Assembly: GCA_963705305.1 (NCBI GenBank)
Contig: OY970067.1
Location: forward strand, 4,384,001 to 4,448,000
Reading direction: 5' to 3'
Source: an uncultured Methylomirabilota bacterium
GTDB lineage: Bacteria; Methylomirabilota; Methylomirabilia; Methylomirabilales; 2-02-FULL-66-22
Length of the DNA stretch: 64,000 bases
Part shown: in pieces, positions 1-8,882 of the stretch
Layout of the letters: each line of letters opens with the position of its first letter
How positions within the stretch are numbered: position 1 is the first letter of the stretch
Made by a program: the position numbers and the translations under genes
Notes under the pieces: model-generated
Databases searched by the model: none
Told to the model about the DNA's origin: nothing
Seen by the model: the letters and a program-made list of their open reading frames with translations, nothing else

Positions 1-401
1 CGAGCCCGCAGCCGGCTGAAGGCCTGCCTCAAGAAGCCATCGCGATCAAACAGGATCCGCGCATCCTCGAGCATATCCAGGTACAGCAAGCTCCCCCGCT
101 CTACCTCGGCGGGCGTCTTGAACACGGGGCTTACCGTTGTGGCCACACCGGCCACGCGGGCCTCCGCCAGCGCGGAGCCGAGGGCTTTCTCCACCATGGC
201 AAACTCGGCCACGCGCGCCATCCTTCCGGCCGGCAGCCGTGCGGCCACGATCAGCACGTCCAGGTCCGAGTCCGGCCGCGGCGTCCCCCGCCCGACCGAT
301 CCGAAGACCGCAAGGGCCACCAGGCGGTCGCCGTAGTGCTGCCGGCAGGCGGCAAGGAGGTCGCAGCAAAGCCGGTCAAATTGAGAGGCCAGCGAGATCA
401 T
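1..401 (-). CDS. Minimal nucleotidyltransferase (MNT) antitoxin-like protein, runs off window start
   Basis: Manual translation MISLASQFDRL...LAVFGSVGRGTPRPDSDLDVLIV has the GSx10DxD motif; ATG at 401 with GAGG upstream; not in the ORF track. Confidence 0.85.
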   Translation of the reverse strand, partial: MISLASQFDRLCCDLLAACRQHYGDRLVALAVFGSVGRGTPRPDSDLDVLIVAARLPAGRMARVAEFAMVEKALGSALAEARVAGVATTVSPVFKTPAEVERGSLLYLDMLEDARILFDRDGFLRQAFSRLRA

Positions 402-426
402 CACGCGTCCTCACCATCTGTGCTGA

Positions 427-455
427 GGGGACGTTGTAACCTTAATTACCTTATT
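427..455. repeat. Array site copy 1 (GGGGACGTTGTAACCTTAATTACCTTATT)
   Basis: Near-identical to 6766-6795 and 7812-7840. Confidence 0.9.
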
Positions 456-465
456 GCCAAGGGAT

Positions 466-494
466 GGGGGACGTTGCGACATTATTGACTTTAT
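466..494. repeat. Array site copy 2 (GGGGGACGTTGCGACATTATTGACTTTAT)
   Basis: Near-identical to 8688-8716 and to the IS110-split copy. Confidence 0.9.
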
Positions 495-548
495 CGAGCA
501 TTTCGAAGTTCGAAGTTCAGAATTGCCCCCCCCAGCCTTCCATCATGC

Positions 549-971
549 CTACGGCCGCTCCAGCGCGCGCAGCACTTCCCTTTTGAACGCTTCGACCTCC
601 GGCCACTTGCGCGTGGCCACCATGAAGACGATTTGATTGTCCACCACCCCGTACTCGTGCACGAGGATGTTGCGAAACCTTCTCATCGCGCGAATCGTGC
701 CCGCGACCTCCGGTGAGATGATGTGCGCATCTTCCAATCTGGCGAACAGGTCCTCCTCCTCGCCGGGCAGGCCCAGGCGCAACCCGGCAACGAGCAGGTT
801 GCATATATCCAGGACACACTCAACGGAGATCTGGAGGAGGCGCTCGACCGCGCGCCGCGTTGCAGGGTTCCCCATGTACCCAGAATAGTCTGCGGGGAGG
901 ACCGCCTTGAGCTCGGCCTCGTAGCCGTGCAGCTCGTCCAGCTTTGCCAGGACGCGGTCACGATCCAGCAT
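549..971 (-). CDS. hepT: HEPN/DUF86 toxin (HepT-like RNase)
   Basis: MLDRDRVLAKL...AVERLLQISVECVLD...RNILVHEY: RxxxxH motif plus following Tyr; overlaps upstream MNT. Confidence 0.9.
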   Translation of the reverse strand: MLDRDRVLAKLDELHGYEAELKAVLPADYSGYMGNPATRRAVERLLQISVECVLDICNLLVAGLRLGLPGEEEDLFARLEDAHIISPEVAGTIRAMRRFRNILVHEYGVVDNQIVFMVATRKWPEVEAFKREVLRALERP

Positions 972-1365
972 GCGCCACCTGCTCGAGGTAGTAGCGATAC
1001 CTATGGCGGAAATCCTCAAACGCCTTCGCCGTCCGGTACGCCAACTCGTACAGGGCCTCCTCGTCCCGGCTGTACAGTACCCGGCCCTCCCGGAGAACGC
1101 GACGGCGAATGTAGAGCGGAAGCTGCTGGAAGACGCGAATGTCGAATCCTTCGGGTGTGGTCGCCAAGTACTCCAAACGCACCTCGGCTGCCGCAGCCCC
1201 CGTCCCACTGGTCCGGCATGGGTCGAGGACCAGGCAGACGTCCACATCCGAGCGGGGCCCCTGCTCTCCCCGGACACGGCTTCCGAAGAGCACCACCGCC
1301 AACAGGCGCGTGTCCGCTGCCGCTTTTTTGAGAAGGTTGTCGATCGAGGCGCTGTCAGACGTCAT
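958..1365 (-). CDS. mntA: MNT antitoxin (MntA-like)
   Basis: LFGSRVRGEQGPRSDVDV motif; coupled to HEPN gene. Confidence 0.9.
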   Translation of the reverse strand: MTSDSASIDNLLKKAAADTRLLAVVLFGSRVRGEQGPRSDVDVCLVLDPCRTSGTGAAAAEVRLEYLATTPEGFDIRVFQQLPLYIRRRVLREGRVLYSRDEEALYELAYRTAKAFEDFRHRYRYYLEQVAHAGS

Positions 1366-1489
1366 CTGGACCAGATAGGGGACCCGGCCGTTTCTGCGCT
1401 GTCAAGGCACATTCCTCCTCGCGATGCCGAGTCCTGAACGCATCTCACACCTGCTGCCTGCCGTCGTTCCCCCGGGACCGCTCCCGGAT

Positions 1490-1680
1490 GGTCTCTCACG
1501 CCCCACCGTAGTGGTCGCATCCGGCCTGCTCGCTGCCACCCGAGCGGCCTACCCGGCCTCGTCCGGGCTGCTGAGAGCGGGAGCGGCGCGCCAGGGTCCC
1601 CCGGCGGTCCCACCGGGCCGCCACGTTGCATGAATCGCGCTGCCAGCTCCCCGGGGAAGACAGACGCTGTCCCGCCGGCC
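1490..1680 (-). ncRNA. Predicted IS110 bridge/seek RNA with target- and donor-binding loops
   Basis: Two stem/internal-loop/stem domains; guides GCAACGT and GGGGGAC match the target site; GGCCGGGT and ACTAC match the element end junction. Confidence 0.8.
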
Positions 1681-1683
1681 GGC

Positions 1684-2889
1684 TCAGCGGACCTGCCGCT
1701 GGAGCCCGCCCGTCCGGCGTGGGTCGTACGGGGTCCCGCTCCGCCACACGCCCCAGACGACCCGGAGCACTTTCGCCGCCAGTTCGACGATCGCCTTGAA
1801 GCCAGCGAAGCGGTCCCCCTGGCGCTTCGCTTTCAAGGCGGCGAGCCGGGCCCGCCCCGCGGCGGTCCGCGCCAGTCCCAGCGCCGCGTGGTACAGCGCC
1901 CAACGCAGAAGGCTGCGCCCGCACTTGGAGATTCGCGCCTGCCCCGCGAACTGCCCGGATTGCACCCGCACGATGTCCAGCCCCGCGAGCTTCCGGAGCT
2001 GGGAGAACTTCGTGAACCAGGCGATGTCCCCGATCTCGGCCAGGAGGATCGCGGCCACGGTCGGCCCGACCCCCGGGATCGTCCGGAGGAGCGCGTAGGC
2101 CGGGAGCCGCTCGGCGAGGGGCGTCAGGGCCTGCTCGACCGCGGCGGTGCGGGCCTGAACAGCATCGACCTGGGCCCCGAGGTCCGCACAGGCCGTGGCG
2201 AGCCCGACCGGCAGCCGTCCCTTCGCCACCGCTGGGCGCCCGGGGGCCGCCGGCTCCCAGGCCTGGAGCACCGCCGGCAGCTCCGCCCGCAGGCGGTTGG
2301 GCAGGGGCTCCCCCATCGGCCCGAGGGCCGGGCGGAGGGTCGTGCGCCAGCGCGCCTTGCAGGCCGCCAGCTCGCTCCGGGCCCGGCGGAGGCACTTGAC
2401 CAAGTGCCGCAACTCGACGCGGGGGCCATCGGGCCGGCTGTAGAACAGCACCTTCCCCTGTTCGAGGAGGTCGGCGCAGTTGGCGGCGTCCTTCCGGTCG
2501 CCCTTGTCCCAGGTCCCGTCCTGGGTCCGGCGGTTCCAGTAGGCCACGCTGCTGGAGAACAGGACGACGTCGGCGCCCTGCGTCTCCAGGAACACCGCGA
2601 GGGCCTGGTGGTAGGTCCCCGTGGGCTCGAGGCCACAGACCACCTCGCGGCACCCGGTGCTCCGCTGGGCCTGCTGGATCCGCGCCCAGAGCTGGGCGAA
2701 GCCCCGGGTGGTGTTCGGGATCGTGAGGGTGGGCACGACCACCCGGGTGTGGGCCTGCCGGAGGTGCACCACGTGTTCGACTTGGGCGACGTCGATCCCG
2801 ACCAGGAGGCGCTGGCGGTTGATGCGTAAGGTGGCCTTCAGCTCCCGGAACCGCTTGACACGCGTGGCATTGTCTCGCATCGTAGCCAT
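1684..2889 (-). CDS. IS110-family transposase (bridge recombinase)
   Basis: RuvC-like DEDD residues (GIDVA, LEPTG, KGDRKDA), IPGVGP, C-terminal VQSGQ...ISKCG..LRWAL. Confidence 0.95.
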   Translation of the reverse strand: MATMRDNATRVKRFRELKATLRINRQRLLVGIDVAQVEHVVHLRQAHTRVVVPTLTIPNTTRGFAQLWARIQQAQRSTGCREVVCGLEPTGTYHQALAVFLETQGADVVLFSSSVAYWNRRTQDGTWDKGDRKDAANCADLLEQGKVLFYSRPDGPRVELRHLVKCLRRARSELAACKARWRTTLRPALGPMGEPLPNRLRAELPAVLQAWEPAAPGRPAVAKGRLPVGLATACADLGAQVDAVQARTAAVEQALTPLAERLPAYALLRTIPGVGPTVAAILLAEIGDIAWFTKFSQLRKLAGLDIVRVQSGQFAGQARISKCGRSLLRWALYHAALGLARTAAGRARLAALKAKRQGDRFAGFKAIVELAAKVLRVVWGVWRSGTPYDPRRTGGLQRQVR

Positions 2890-3275
2890 GGGGTTCTTCC
2901 TCCTCTGTACGGGGTGAGTGGATGGCTCTCTGCACACCCCTACCAATAGCGAGGAAGAACCCCTTTTGGAACCTGCCATTTTCACCAGAAGGGGCCCAGA
3001 CTGTGGGAGTCTAGTCGCTGGTACCTGGTTCATGCGGGTAATACTACGCTGCGACATTATTGACCGTATTCTGGAGCATAGGGCGCAGGGCATGGCGAGG
3101 GCCTACGGCCCGAGAGAGGCGCGAGGCGGCCGGAGCGATCGCAAGCGCACCATTTCGAAGATCGAAATTGAAAGAGCTTGTCGTGGCGATCTTTGCGTGA
3201 GGCATCGGGCCCGTTCCTCATGCCACTTGGCACGAGAACCACGGAGGCGGCTGCGACGCCCAGGGCCCGACGCAT

Positions 3276-3533
3276 TCAGGCTGTCCTACGGGTAAGTGGG
3301 TATGCGTGGCGGACACCGATAAGCCGATCGATCGAAAGATCCTCATCGAGTGCCGGCCAGTGGATACCATACCCGACCGCTGAAATCTCGTAGTTCGCCC
3401 GTTGCTCTGGTGTCGCGTTGGCAAGCTGTGGAGAGTGCCGCGCGATGTCCACCTCGTAATCCTTCCCATCAACGCGGAGCCGCAGAATTGTCCCCTGCAA
3501 GCTGGCCACACTCACTTCGTGGGCCTTATCCAT
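3276..3533 (-). CDS. DUF2442-like protein (putative TA component)
   Basis: SPQLANATPEQRANYEIS..GYGIHWPALDEDLSID signature. Confidence 0.85.
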   Translation of the reverse strand: MDKAHEVSVASLQGTILRLRVDGKDYEVDIARHSPQLANATPEQRANYEISAVGYGIHWPALDEDLSIDRLIGVRHAYPLTRRTA

Positions 3534-3783
3534 TTCGCTGCTCCTGAAATCGCTGCCATTCAGCGACAATGTATTCGAAGTGCGCAAAGATTATTCGCCT
3601 AACAGTTCGTTTATCGGCTGAACTCAAGTTGTACGCGTGCGCCTCGATCGCCTCATACCCGTCTGCGTCCAACCAATATTTCGCCTCAGCATTTCCTTTG
3701 CGGCAATGGACGTGCATCGGCTCATCCCGCTCATTCGCGTAAAAGAAAAACCGCCAGCCGAGGATGAGCAGGATTGTCGGCAC
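3526..3783 (-). CDS. DUF4160-like protein (putative TA component)
   Basis: PTIL..GWRFFFYANE..EPMHVH...AEAKYWL signature; overlaps the DUF2442-like gene. Confidence 0.85.
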   Translation of the reverse strand: MPTILLILGWRFFFYANERDEPMHVHCRKGNAEAKYWLDADGYEAIEAHAYNLSSADKRTVRRIIFAHFEYIVAEWQRFQEQRNG

Positions 3784-3810
3784 CTTACTCGCACGCAATT
3801 CGGTGATGGT

Positions 3811-3945
3811 TTACCACTTTATTGGCCACGGGGAAAGAAAAGGCCGCAGGAGCCCCTCTCGAATCAGCACCTCTGCCGCCCGGCGGGCTTCGTCTCCCCG
3901 CGCGAGTTCCCGCTGGATGGCGCCCCATCGGTCCCCGGGACTCAC
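3811..3945 (-). pseudogene. Truncated HEPN-domain gene remnant
   Basis: After the MNT stop reads AIQRELARGDEARRAAEVLIREGLL (HEPN-like N-terminal helix) then degenerates; out of frame with the GTGA overlap start. Confidence 0.55.
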
Positions 3946-4277
3946 ACGGCCACCCCGTCACGCTCGATCTCGCGCGCCAGTCTGCGCCCACTCTGCCTGG
4001 GGGCCGCGAAGCCTTGCCGCGAAAGCACGAGAGGCGAGATGAGCACGTCGGTCTGCAGGAACACCTCGTAGGCCAGGTCGAAGATCCGCCGGCGAACCGG
4101 GAGGTCATCCGAGGCCACCACGACCAGCACATCCACATCCGAATCCGGTCCCCCCTCGCCGCGTGCCCGGGAGCCGAACACGGTGCCGGCCGCCTCCTGG
4201 TCGGATAGCTCACGGCGAACCCGCCCCACGAAACCCTGTACGGCCGCCCACTCTTCCCCGGTCAGCGACTGGCCCAT
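3942..4277 (-). CDS. MNT-domain protein
   Basis: VFGSRARGEGGPDSDVDVLVV...EIERDGVAV. Confidence 0.9.
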   Translation of the reverse strand: MGQSLTGEEWAAVQGFVGRVRRELSDQEAAGTVFGSRARGEGGPDSDVDVLVVVASDDLPVRRRIFDLAYEVFLQTDVLISPLVLSRQGFAAPRQSGRRLAREIERDGVAV

Positions 4278-4381
4278 AGCCTGTAGCCCCTCTTGCGCTC
4301 AAACGACCGGTGGCCCCTCGCTATTATAGCCATAATCCGGGGTGGGCGAAAGATCGGGAAGTAGGAAGCGAATTTTGGTCG

Positions 4382-5455
4382 CTAACATGCCACACGCTCA
4401 ACGGCGGCCGCATCCGCGTCGACCATCATCCACACCAGTTCTTCGAACCCAACTCGCGGGGCCCACCCAAGGACTCGTTTGGCCTTCGAGGCATCGCCCA
4501 AAAGAAAATCTACTTCTGTCGGGCGGAAGTAGCGCGGGTTGATTTCGATCAGGGTACGGCCGTCGGGGCCAACGGCCTTCTCCTCCACGCCCACCCCTTC
4601 CCACCGCAGCGGGATGCCGGCGCGGGCAAAGGCAAGCTCGCAGAACCCCCGCACGGAGTGCGCCTCGCCTGTGGCGATGACGTAGTCGTCCGGCTCGGGC
4701 GCCTGGAGCATCCTCCACATGGCCTCGACGTAGTCGCCCGCGAACCCCCAATCCCGCTTGGCGTCCAGGTTCCCGAGAGCCAGCCGGTCCTGGAGCCCCG
4801 CCTTGATCCGCGCCACCGAGCGGGTGATCTTCCGGGTGACGAATGCCTCGCCCCGCCGGGGGCTCTCGTGGTTGAAGAGGATCCCGTTGACCGCGAACAT
4901 CCCGTACGCCTCCCGATAGTTCCGGGTGATATAAAAGGCGTAGGCCTTGGCGGCGGCGTAGGGGCTGCGGGGGTAGAACGGCGTCGTCTCGCGCTGGGGC
5001 GTCTCCACCACCTTCCCGTACAGCTCTGACGAGGAGGCCTGGTAGAAGCGGGCGTTCAGATCCAGCTCGCGCATCGCCTCCAGCAGCCAGATCGTACTGA
5101 CCCCCGTCACCTCCGCGGTGTACTCGGGCACCTCGAAGGAGACCTTGACGTGGGACTGGGCCCCCAGATTGTAGATCTCGTCCGGCCGGACCAGCTTCAG
5201 CAGCCGGTTCAGCGACGAGGCGTCGTTCAGATCCCCGTACGCAAGATGCAACCGGACCTCGCGGATGGCGGGATCCTGGTACAGGTGGTCGATCCGCTCC
5301 CGGTTGAAGGACGAGGAGCGGCGCACCACCCCCCACACCTCGTACCCCTTGGCAAGCAGCAGCTCCGCCAGGTACGACCCGTCCTGCCCGGTGATGCCGG
5401 TGATCAACGCTCTCCTACCGCTCATTGGAAGATGCCCGCTCACTGGTTTATCCAT
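4382..5455 (-). CDS. gmd: GDP-mannose 4,6-dehydratase
   Basis: [43 protein letters not shown]. Confidence 0.97.
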   Translation of the reverse strand: MDKPVSGHLPMSGRRALITGITGQDGSYLAELLLAKGYEVWGVVRRSSSFNRERIDHLYQDPAIREVRLHLAYGDLNDASSLNRLLKLVRPDEIYNLGAQSHVKVSFEVPEYTAEVTGVSTIWLLEAMRELDLNARFYQASSSELYGKVVETPQRETTPFYPRSPYAAAKAYAFYITRNYREAYGMFAVNGILFNHESPRRGEAFVTRKITRSVARIKAGLQDRLALGNLDAKRDWGFAGDYVEAMWRMLQAPEPDDYVIATGEAHSVRGFCELAFARAGIPLRWEGVGVEEKAVGPDGRTLIEINPRYFRPTEVDFLLGDASKAKRVLGWAPRVGFEELVWMMVDADAAAVERVAC

Positions 5456-5488
5456 CCTGCGTTACTCATTACACCGTGAAGGGGTCAG

Positions 5489-5552
5489 CCTCCGGCCCGG
5501 GTTCCACCCCGTAGGGGCTCCACCCCGGAGGGAGGGCCTACGGCCCGGAGGG
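5489..5552. repeat. Palindromic CCTCCGG...CCGGAGG element (family G); other copies 14686-14717, 16334-16396, 20789-20851, 22941-23019, 31736-31802, 32932-32995
   Basis: Seven near-identical copies with CCTCCGG/CCGGAGG ends and internal CGTAGG/CCTACG. Confidence 0.9.
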
Positions 5553-5756
5553 TGGTCAGTGGTCCTGCAATCCACCTTCCTATTCGACTTTCCATTGCGC
5601 CCCTTGCGTGAGAAAAGCCCGACTCCGGTCTCACGCCAAGATCGCAAAGCTCGCCAAGAAGGGCCCTCGTAAATCTCGAACACAACTGTGAACGTTGTTG
5701 ACTGTGTTGACTCGCGATTTGGAGGCAACGCCGTCGCCGTCCAACGACTGCACGAG

Positions 5757-6173
5757 TCAAAGGAGGCTGGCCACGGTGCCGGCGAAGGCCCGCAGGTCCT
5801 CCAGGCTCCGGTGCAGGACATCGTACACCTGCCCATAGTCGATCTTCCAGTACACGTGCACCAGGAGGTTGCGGAACCGCGCCATCTGCTGGAGGCGTCC
5901 GGCCAAGTCCGCCGGCAGGAGACCAGCGTCCTTCAGGATGGCGAAGCACTCCGCGTATTCCTCGGGGACCTTCTGCAGGCGTCGCGCGGAGACGTGGTAG
6001 CAGAGCGCCAGCGCGGCCTCGATCGCCACCAGAAGCCGATAGCATGCCAGATCCAGCGTGTCCTGGTCCGCCAGGAACCGCTCGCGCGGCAGACCGCGAA
6101 GTCGCTCCAGGCGCTGCACCGACTCCACGATCTCGGCGCAGCGCGCCCGCACGAGATCCGGACTGAGGTTCAT
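5757..6173 (-). CDS. hepT: HEPN/DUF86 toxin
   Basis: YRLLVAIEAA...RFRNLLVHVY. Confidence 0.9.
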   Translation of the reverse strand: MNLSPDLVRARCAEIVESVQRLERLRGLPRERFLADQDTLDLACYRLLVAIEAALALCYHVSARRLQKVPEEYAECFAILKDAGLLPADLAGRLQQMARFRNLLVHVYWKIDYGQVYDVLHRSLEDLRAFAGTVASLL

Positions 6174-6592
6174 GCGGCAAAGGACTCCACGGTTGCCTGC
6201 CGCAGCAGCGGCGCGATGTCCAGATAGCGCGAGGCGGTGCGTTCGACCACCTCTGCCAGAACGGCCTCGTCCCGGCACAGCACGAGCCTGCCCCGCAGGA
6301 CATGGTACAGGAACGACAGCGGGGCCGCGTTCACGACGCGGACATCCAGCAGAACCCGCAGGAGACGCTGCAGCCGCGCGCCCAGGTCCAGCTCGTAGTC
6401 CATCGGGCTCCTGCCGGCCAGCAGCTCTGGCCTCACCCACACCGCCACATCAACGTCGCGGAACGGGAGGGGCTCCACAAACGAGCCGTACAGGTAGGCG
6501 AAGGACACGCCAGGATCGTCCTCCAGCGCAGAAGCCAAGCGCTCTCGGATCTCTCTTCGCCGGTCCTCGTCCATGTGATGCAGCCGGGTCAT
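6170..6592 (-). CDS. mntA: MNT antitoxin
   Basis: YLYGSFVEPLPFRDVDVAV; ATGA overlap with HEPN gene. Confidence 0.88.
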   Translation of the reverse strand: MTRLHHMDEDRRREIRERLASALEDDPGVSFAYLYGSFVEPLPFRDVDVAVWVRPELLAGRSPMDYELDLGARLQRLLRVLLDVRVVNAAPLSFLYHVLRGRLVLCRDEAVLAEVVERTASRYLDIAPLLRQATVESFAA

Positions 6593-6765
6593 CTCAACTC
6601 CATACGTCGAGCGTCGATCGAATCCCCCGTTTGCACATTCTGCAGCTTGCGCCTTCCATGGCCATCCTCTATGCGTCCAGGTCCCGGTAACATCCGATTC
6701 ACTTGACCCTCACGCGTTGGCGCTCCATCTCACCCGCTCCCCGTTTCCCCGGCTCGCCTCAATCT

Positions 6766-6795
6766 GGGGGACGTTGTAACCTTAATTACCTTTTT
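6766..6795. repeat. Array site copy 4
   Basis: GGGGGACGTTGTAACCTTAATTACCTTTTT. Confidence 0.9.
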
Positions 6796-6934
6796 GCGAA
6801 GCGCACGGGGCAAAGCGCAGAGGGCATGGCGCAAAAACCGGTGGTCAGAGGTCGGAACGTCGGTGGTCAGGAGTCAGCTTGCGTCTGAAGGCTGACACCT
6901 GATTCCTGGAACTGGCGATCTCTGGATAGAAACA

Positions 6935-7360
6935 TCAAATGAGAGACCTGATGGCTTGACAAAGCTTCCTGAAGGAGGGCTCAGACTCACGGAGGAATCG
7001 GTCGATGGATCGCCAGCGGACATCCTGATATTGATGCGCCAGGATGTTTCTCAGGCCCGCCCAGCGCGAAATATCCTCCCCGAATTCCGGCTCGAAATAT
7101 GGGAGCGAGCCGAGCTCCCTCAGTGCTTCCCTATAGGTGGATGGTATGGTCCGCCCGTCGCATACCAAAAGGACCTTGGCGATGTCGATGGCACAGTTCA
7201 CCAGATTTTCGATCCACCGCTCCAGATTCCTCCGCAGATCCCGATCCGACTGGTAGGCTTTCCAATCCATGCCCGCGAACCGAGGAAAATCTGCCAGCTC
7301 CGCTTCCAGAAAGTCCACGTACCGGATCAGGCGCTCCCGATCCTCAGGCAGCAGCGGCAT
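6935..7360 (-). CDS. hepT: HEPN/DUF86 toxin
   Basis: LERWIENLVNCAIDIA...LRNILAHQY. Confidence 0.9.
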   Translation of the reverse strand: MPLLPEDRERLIRYVDFLEAELADFPRFAGMDWKAYQSDRDLRRNLERWIENLVNCAIDIAKVLLVCDGRTIPSTYREALRELGSLPYFEPEFGEDISRWAGLRNILAHQYQDVRWRSIDRFLRESEPSFRKLCQAIRSLI

Positions 7361-7787
7361 GCTTCCGCAGCTCCTTGAGCCTCCAGAAGCTCTCGGACCA
7401 CTCGCGGAAATCCGCGGCTTCGGAGCTGGTGCGCACCAGGAAGTCAAGATACAGTCCGCGATCCTTGATTACGAGCGAAACGCCCCGCAGAGCCGCCTCG
7501 GCCACCCTCGCGGGCGCCCGATTGAGGACGATCAGGTCCACCTCTCGTCCAACGATCTCCTCGATGCCGGCGCAGAGTGCCTCTTCTCTTTCCGGATCCT
7601 CAAAAAGCCCCTCCTCTCTCTCAGCGGAGGGAGATCGGAGGTACACGGCGACATCGAGATCCGACTCCACGCCCTCGCGATCCTTCACCCAAGAGCCAAA
7701 CAGGAACGCCATGGCTACGTCTTCCTGCCGTTCGAGCAGGCGACTAAGCTCTGAAATGGCCCGGGACTTTTCGTTCGAGGAAATCAT
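7344..7787 (-). CDS. mntA: MNT antitoxin
   Basis: FLFGSWVKDREGVESDLDVAVY...VDLIVLNRAP. Confidence 0.9.
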   Translation of the reverse strand: MISSNEKSRAISELSRLLERQEDVAMAFLFGSWVKDREGVESDLDVAVYLRSPSAEREEGLFEDPEREEALCAGIEEIVGREVDLIVLNRAPARVAEAALRGVSLVIKDRGLYLDFLVRTSSEAADFREWSESFWRLKELRKHAAAA

Positions 7788-7811
7788 GATTTGGGGGACC
7801 CGTGGAACCTA

Positions 7812-7840
7812 GGGGACGTTGTAACATTAATTACTTTATG
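7812..7840. repeat. Array site copy 5 (plus partial GGGGGAC at 7793-7799)
   Basis: GGGGACGTTGTAACATTAATTACTTTATG. Confidence 0.9.
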
Positions 7841-7896
7841 CCGAACGGCACAGAGCAGAGAGCAGAAGGAGATTCGAAATTCGAAATTGAATACCT

Positions 7897-8346
7897 TCAC
7901 GGTTCGTCACTCGAGAGGATTCCCATCTCATCGCGTGCCTGGAAGAACTCCCGAACGGCGCTGACGATCCGGCCCGCCGCCGCCAGCGCCCGCTCCGCTG
8001 TTTGCCGGTCATAGAATTGGTGAGGGTACCCCGCGGGCAGCCCGTTCGGATAGCGGGATGGAATGTAATGCAGGTCCAGCTCACGTGCGAAATCCAGCAG
8101 GCCTGTCACCACATCCGCCATCTTGGCCGCCTCCTGAACCATTTCCACCAGCGAATGGCTCAAGAGCGCCTCCCTTCTCGCCCCTTGATAGTACAGGAAG
8201 GACTTCAAGGCCTTTTCCCCGGCCTGCTGCGCAAGGAAACAGGCCGTATCGTGGAAGCCTCCCTCGATATTCCAGGCCACCGCCTTCAGGTCGAAGGTCG
8301 CCTGGTGAAACCAGCGCCGGGCCTCGGCCTGTGCCTTACCGGCCAT
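7897..8346 (-). CDS. HEPN-domain protein
   Basis: WFHQA..DL...ACFLAQQAGEKALK...HSL...YIPSRYP. Confidence 0.9.
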   Translation of the reverse strand: MAGKAQAEARRWFHQATFDLKAVAWNIEGGFHDTACFLAQQAGEKALKSFLYYQGARREALLSHSLVEMVQEAAKMADVVTGLLDFARELDLHYIPSRYPNGLPAGYPHQFYDRQTAERALAAAGRIVSAVREFFQARDEMGILSSDEP

Positions 8347-8671
8347 GGACCAGGACCCCCTCTTCCTGGATCATCTCCACAAACGCGTTCCCTTCCTCGC
8401 GCATCCGCCCGAACTCCTCCGGGGTGTACACGAGAATGTCCACGCCTCCCACCCCCGCCGGCAGGAGGCCTGCGACCTTCCGCAATCGCTCGAAGAAGGA
8501 ATCCAACGTCCGCTTGACAATCACGAGATCGAGGTCGCTCAGGATATCCGCCTCTCCCCGCGCGTAGGATCCGAACACGTAGATCCGATCGGCACCATAC
8601 GGCGTGAGGGCCTCGAGGAGACGGGCGACCTTCGGAGTATTGCGGATGTCGTTCACGCTCTCAGGACACAT
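8336..8671 (-). CDS. MNT-domain protein
   Basis: VFGSYARGEADILSDLDLVIV...VDILVYTPEEF. Confidence 0.9.
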   Translation of the reverse strand: MCPESVNDIRNTPKVARLLEALTPYGADRIYVFGSYARGEADILSDLDLVIVKRTLDSFFERLRKVAGLLPAGVGGVDILVYTPEEFGRMREEGNAFVEMIQEEGVLVHGR

Positions 8672-8687
8672 CGTTCATCATGGCTTT

Positions 8688-8716
8688 GGGGGACGTAGCG
8701 ACATTATTGACTTTAT
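8688..8716. repeat. Array site copy 6
   Basis: GGGGGACGTAGCGACATTATTGACTTTAT. Confidence 0.9.
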
Positions 8717-8882
8717 TGTGGGGCACAGGGCAGAGGGCACAGAGCATAGCGCGAAGGGCGAAGGGAAAGTCGGAATTGGAATTTCGAAGTTCGAAATGAA
8801 GAACTCTTGCCTCGCGCCAAGATCGCCAAGACAAGCATCCCAGAGGTTCGGGCCCCTGATCCGATATGTGGGACATGGAGGC

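Larger units (their letters stand above)
1382..3047 (-). mobile_element. IS110-family element inserted at the AC core of an array site
   Basis: Left flank GGGG|AC (1378-1383) and right flank AC|GCTGCGACATTATTGACCGT (3046 onward) rejoin into an array-site copy; contains IS110 transposase. Confidence 0.88.

Noticed and set aside
427..8716. CRISPR array from the 29-bp repeats
   Set aside because: Spacing ranges from about 10 bp to kilobases and contains whole genes; no cas genes in the window
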